A stretch of 64,000 nt of DNA from Candidatus Saccharimonadota bacterium. GTDB taxonomy: Bacteria; Patescibacteriota; Saccharimonadia; Saccharimonadales; Saccharimonadaceae. A program made the translations under genes and the position numbers. Shown in pieces: positions 62,960 through 64,000 of this stretch. The notes under the pieces are model-generated. The model was given only the letters and a program-made list of their open reading frames with translations. It ran no database searches and was not told the DNA's origin. The stretch spans positions 2,179 through 66,178 of the forward strand of contig JAFVCN010000009.1 in assembly GCA_017479205.1 (NCBI GenBank). The letters are read 5' to 3'. Within the stretch, counting starts at the first letter, position 1, and every line of letters begins with the position of its first letter.

Positions 62960-64000
62960 ATGTTTAGAAAGATTTTATCAGCTATAACGCTTGTCTTGGT
63001 GGCTTTTGTAGTATACCAGGCTTGGCCTCAGATTACGGAAACTATTGGTTGTGTCACAACTGGAGTTTGTCCAGAGGGCGGAGAATTTCATATGAATCTT
63101 TTAATCGTATTGCTCTTAATTCCGGAGCAACTTTTTATGTATTTTACAGCTGGGCAGATGTTCTTTTCTTATATGAAGGCGAAAAAGACGACAAAAAAGA
63201 TTTCCGCCTGGAATCTAGCGCGGATTTCGTTTGAATTAAATTTTGTAAATCATGCGGTCCCGAGTGGAGGCGTGTCTGGGCTAGGGTATATTGCTTGGCG
63301 TCTTCATGAATATGGCGCGACGGCGGGACAAGTTAGCTTTATGTATCTGCTTAGATATATTATTACTATTATTGCAAATCAGACGCAAACTATTATTGCG
63401 ATTGTTGCGCTTTTGATTTTTAATGCAGTGCCGAAAGATGCAATGTGGATGGTTGGACTAGTAGGGCTGATGTCGGTTGGAATTATCGCTGTTATTGCGC
63501 TTGGAATCGTGATTGCAAGTAACCGAAAATTGATTGATTGGTTTTCGAAAGAATCGGCAAGATTTTGTAATTTTATAGTGAAGAAAATTACTTTTGGAAA
63601 GAAAACAAATGTTTTACCTTATCAAAAAGTTCATAAATTCTTTTTGGATTTACATGAAGATTTGTTAGCGGCGAGAAAGGATAAAAGAATTCTTGTGCGT
63701 CCAATTCTCTGGGGAATTCTTTATAACTTTTTGGAGATTGCAACTTATGAGATTGTTGCAGTTTCACTTGGGCATGGCGAAATTTTCCCGCAGATTATGG
63801 TTGCGGAAGCGCTTGCGAGCGTAGTAGGAGCGATCCTGCCAACGCCAGGAGGAGTTGGGGGCTATGAAGGTTCGATGATAGCGGTAATGTGTGCGCTTGG
63901 AACGGCACTTCCGATTGCTTCGACAGTAGTAATTGTAACGCGAGTAATTGTACTGGTAAATACAATAGTTTCTGGGTACGGTTTTTATCAGAATGCAATT
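62960..64000 (+). CDS. flippase-like / lysylphosphatidylglycerol-synthase-TM-type (UPF0104) membrane protein, 3' end cut by window edge
   Basis: Hand translation from ATG 62960 gives 347 codons with no stop through nt 64000. Contains LPTPGGVGGYEGSMIA, a motif typical of this family. Absent from the ORF track because it has no stop codon. Confidence 0.7.
   Translation, partial: MFRKILSAITLVLVAFVVYQAWPQITETIGCVTTGVCPEGGEFHMNLLIVLLLIPEQLFMYFTAGQMFFSYMKAKKTTKKISAWNLARISFELNFVNHAVPSGGVSGLGYIAWRLHEYGATAGQVSFMYLLRYIITIIANQTQTIIAIVALLIFNAVPKDAMWMVGLVGLMSVGIIAVIALGIVIASNRKLIDWFSKESARFCNFIVKKITFGKKTNVLPYQKVHKFFLDLHEDLLAARKDKRILVRPILWGILYNFLEIATYEIVAVSLGHGEIFPQIMVAEALASVVGAILPTPGGVGGYEGSMIAVMCALGTALPIASTVVIVTRVIVLVNTIVSGYGFYQNAI

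Noticed and set aside
63022-63234. 70-aa plus-strand ORF
   Set aside because: It lies out of frame inside the much longer open frame 62960-64000, which has family-typical membrane motifs. It is considered spurious.
1-64000. Alternative genetic code (UGA recoding, as in some candidate-phyla lineages), CRISPR arrays, rRNA genes
   Set aside because: Recognisable genes end at TGA as well as TAA/TAG, for example the Clp-like gene at 58987-58989, and have normal lengths. No regularly spaced direct repeats and no rRNA-like conserved stretches were seen.

Overview
Compact, AT-rich bacterial chromosome segment. Single 60-nt lines I counted in housekeeping genes give about 37-38% G+C. Translation uses the standard code, with TGA as a stop. 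Gene content and style fit a reduced-genome Gram-positive-type organism, possibly Patescibacteria/Saccharibacteria-like, but that placement is inference only: small housekeeping set, sortase LPXTG substrate, prepilin peptidase, many TGnTATAAT promoters and leaderless mRNAs.

Housekeeping genes recognised: argS (5' partial), orn, mscL, pilD-like peptidase, Xer recombinase, uvrA, rplY, ychF, an MscS-family channel, aspS, clpC/clpP, rubrerythrin, ruvB, ruvC, radA, RNase J, tRNA-Leu(CAG), pgi, gpmI, galU, ZIP and CaCA transporters, murB, folD, rpmA, and a 3'-truncated flippase-like gene that the ORF track missed.

Most interesting items:
1. A stand-alone 149-aa protein carrying only the NrdD glycyl-radical tail, behind tandem NrdR boxes.
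2. A compositionally distinct block of surface and membrane genes (about 30.2-40.4 kb) with consensus promoters, a long structured leader, an LPXTG protein, a 1206-aa polytopic membrane protein and a 52-codon ORF that is essentially only a sortase sorting signal.
3. A VTC/DUF4956/beta-helix trio.
4. A PfkB-like pseudokinase fused to class I aldolase.
5. A membrane-anchored Clp/Hsp100 paralog with a dead first ATPase module (D1).
6. A zinc-ribbon/TSP3/vWA/Cys-peptidase-like surface giant.

No CRISPR array, rRNA or transposase was seen.
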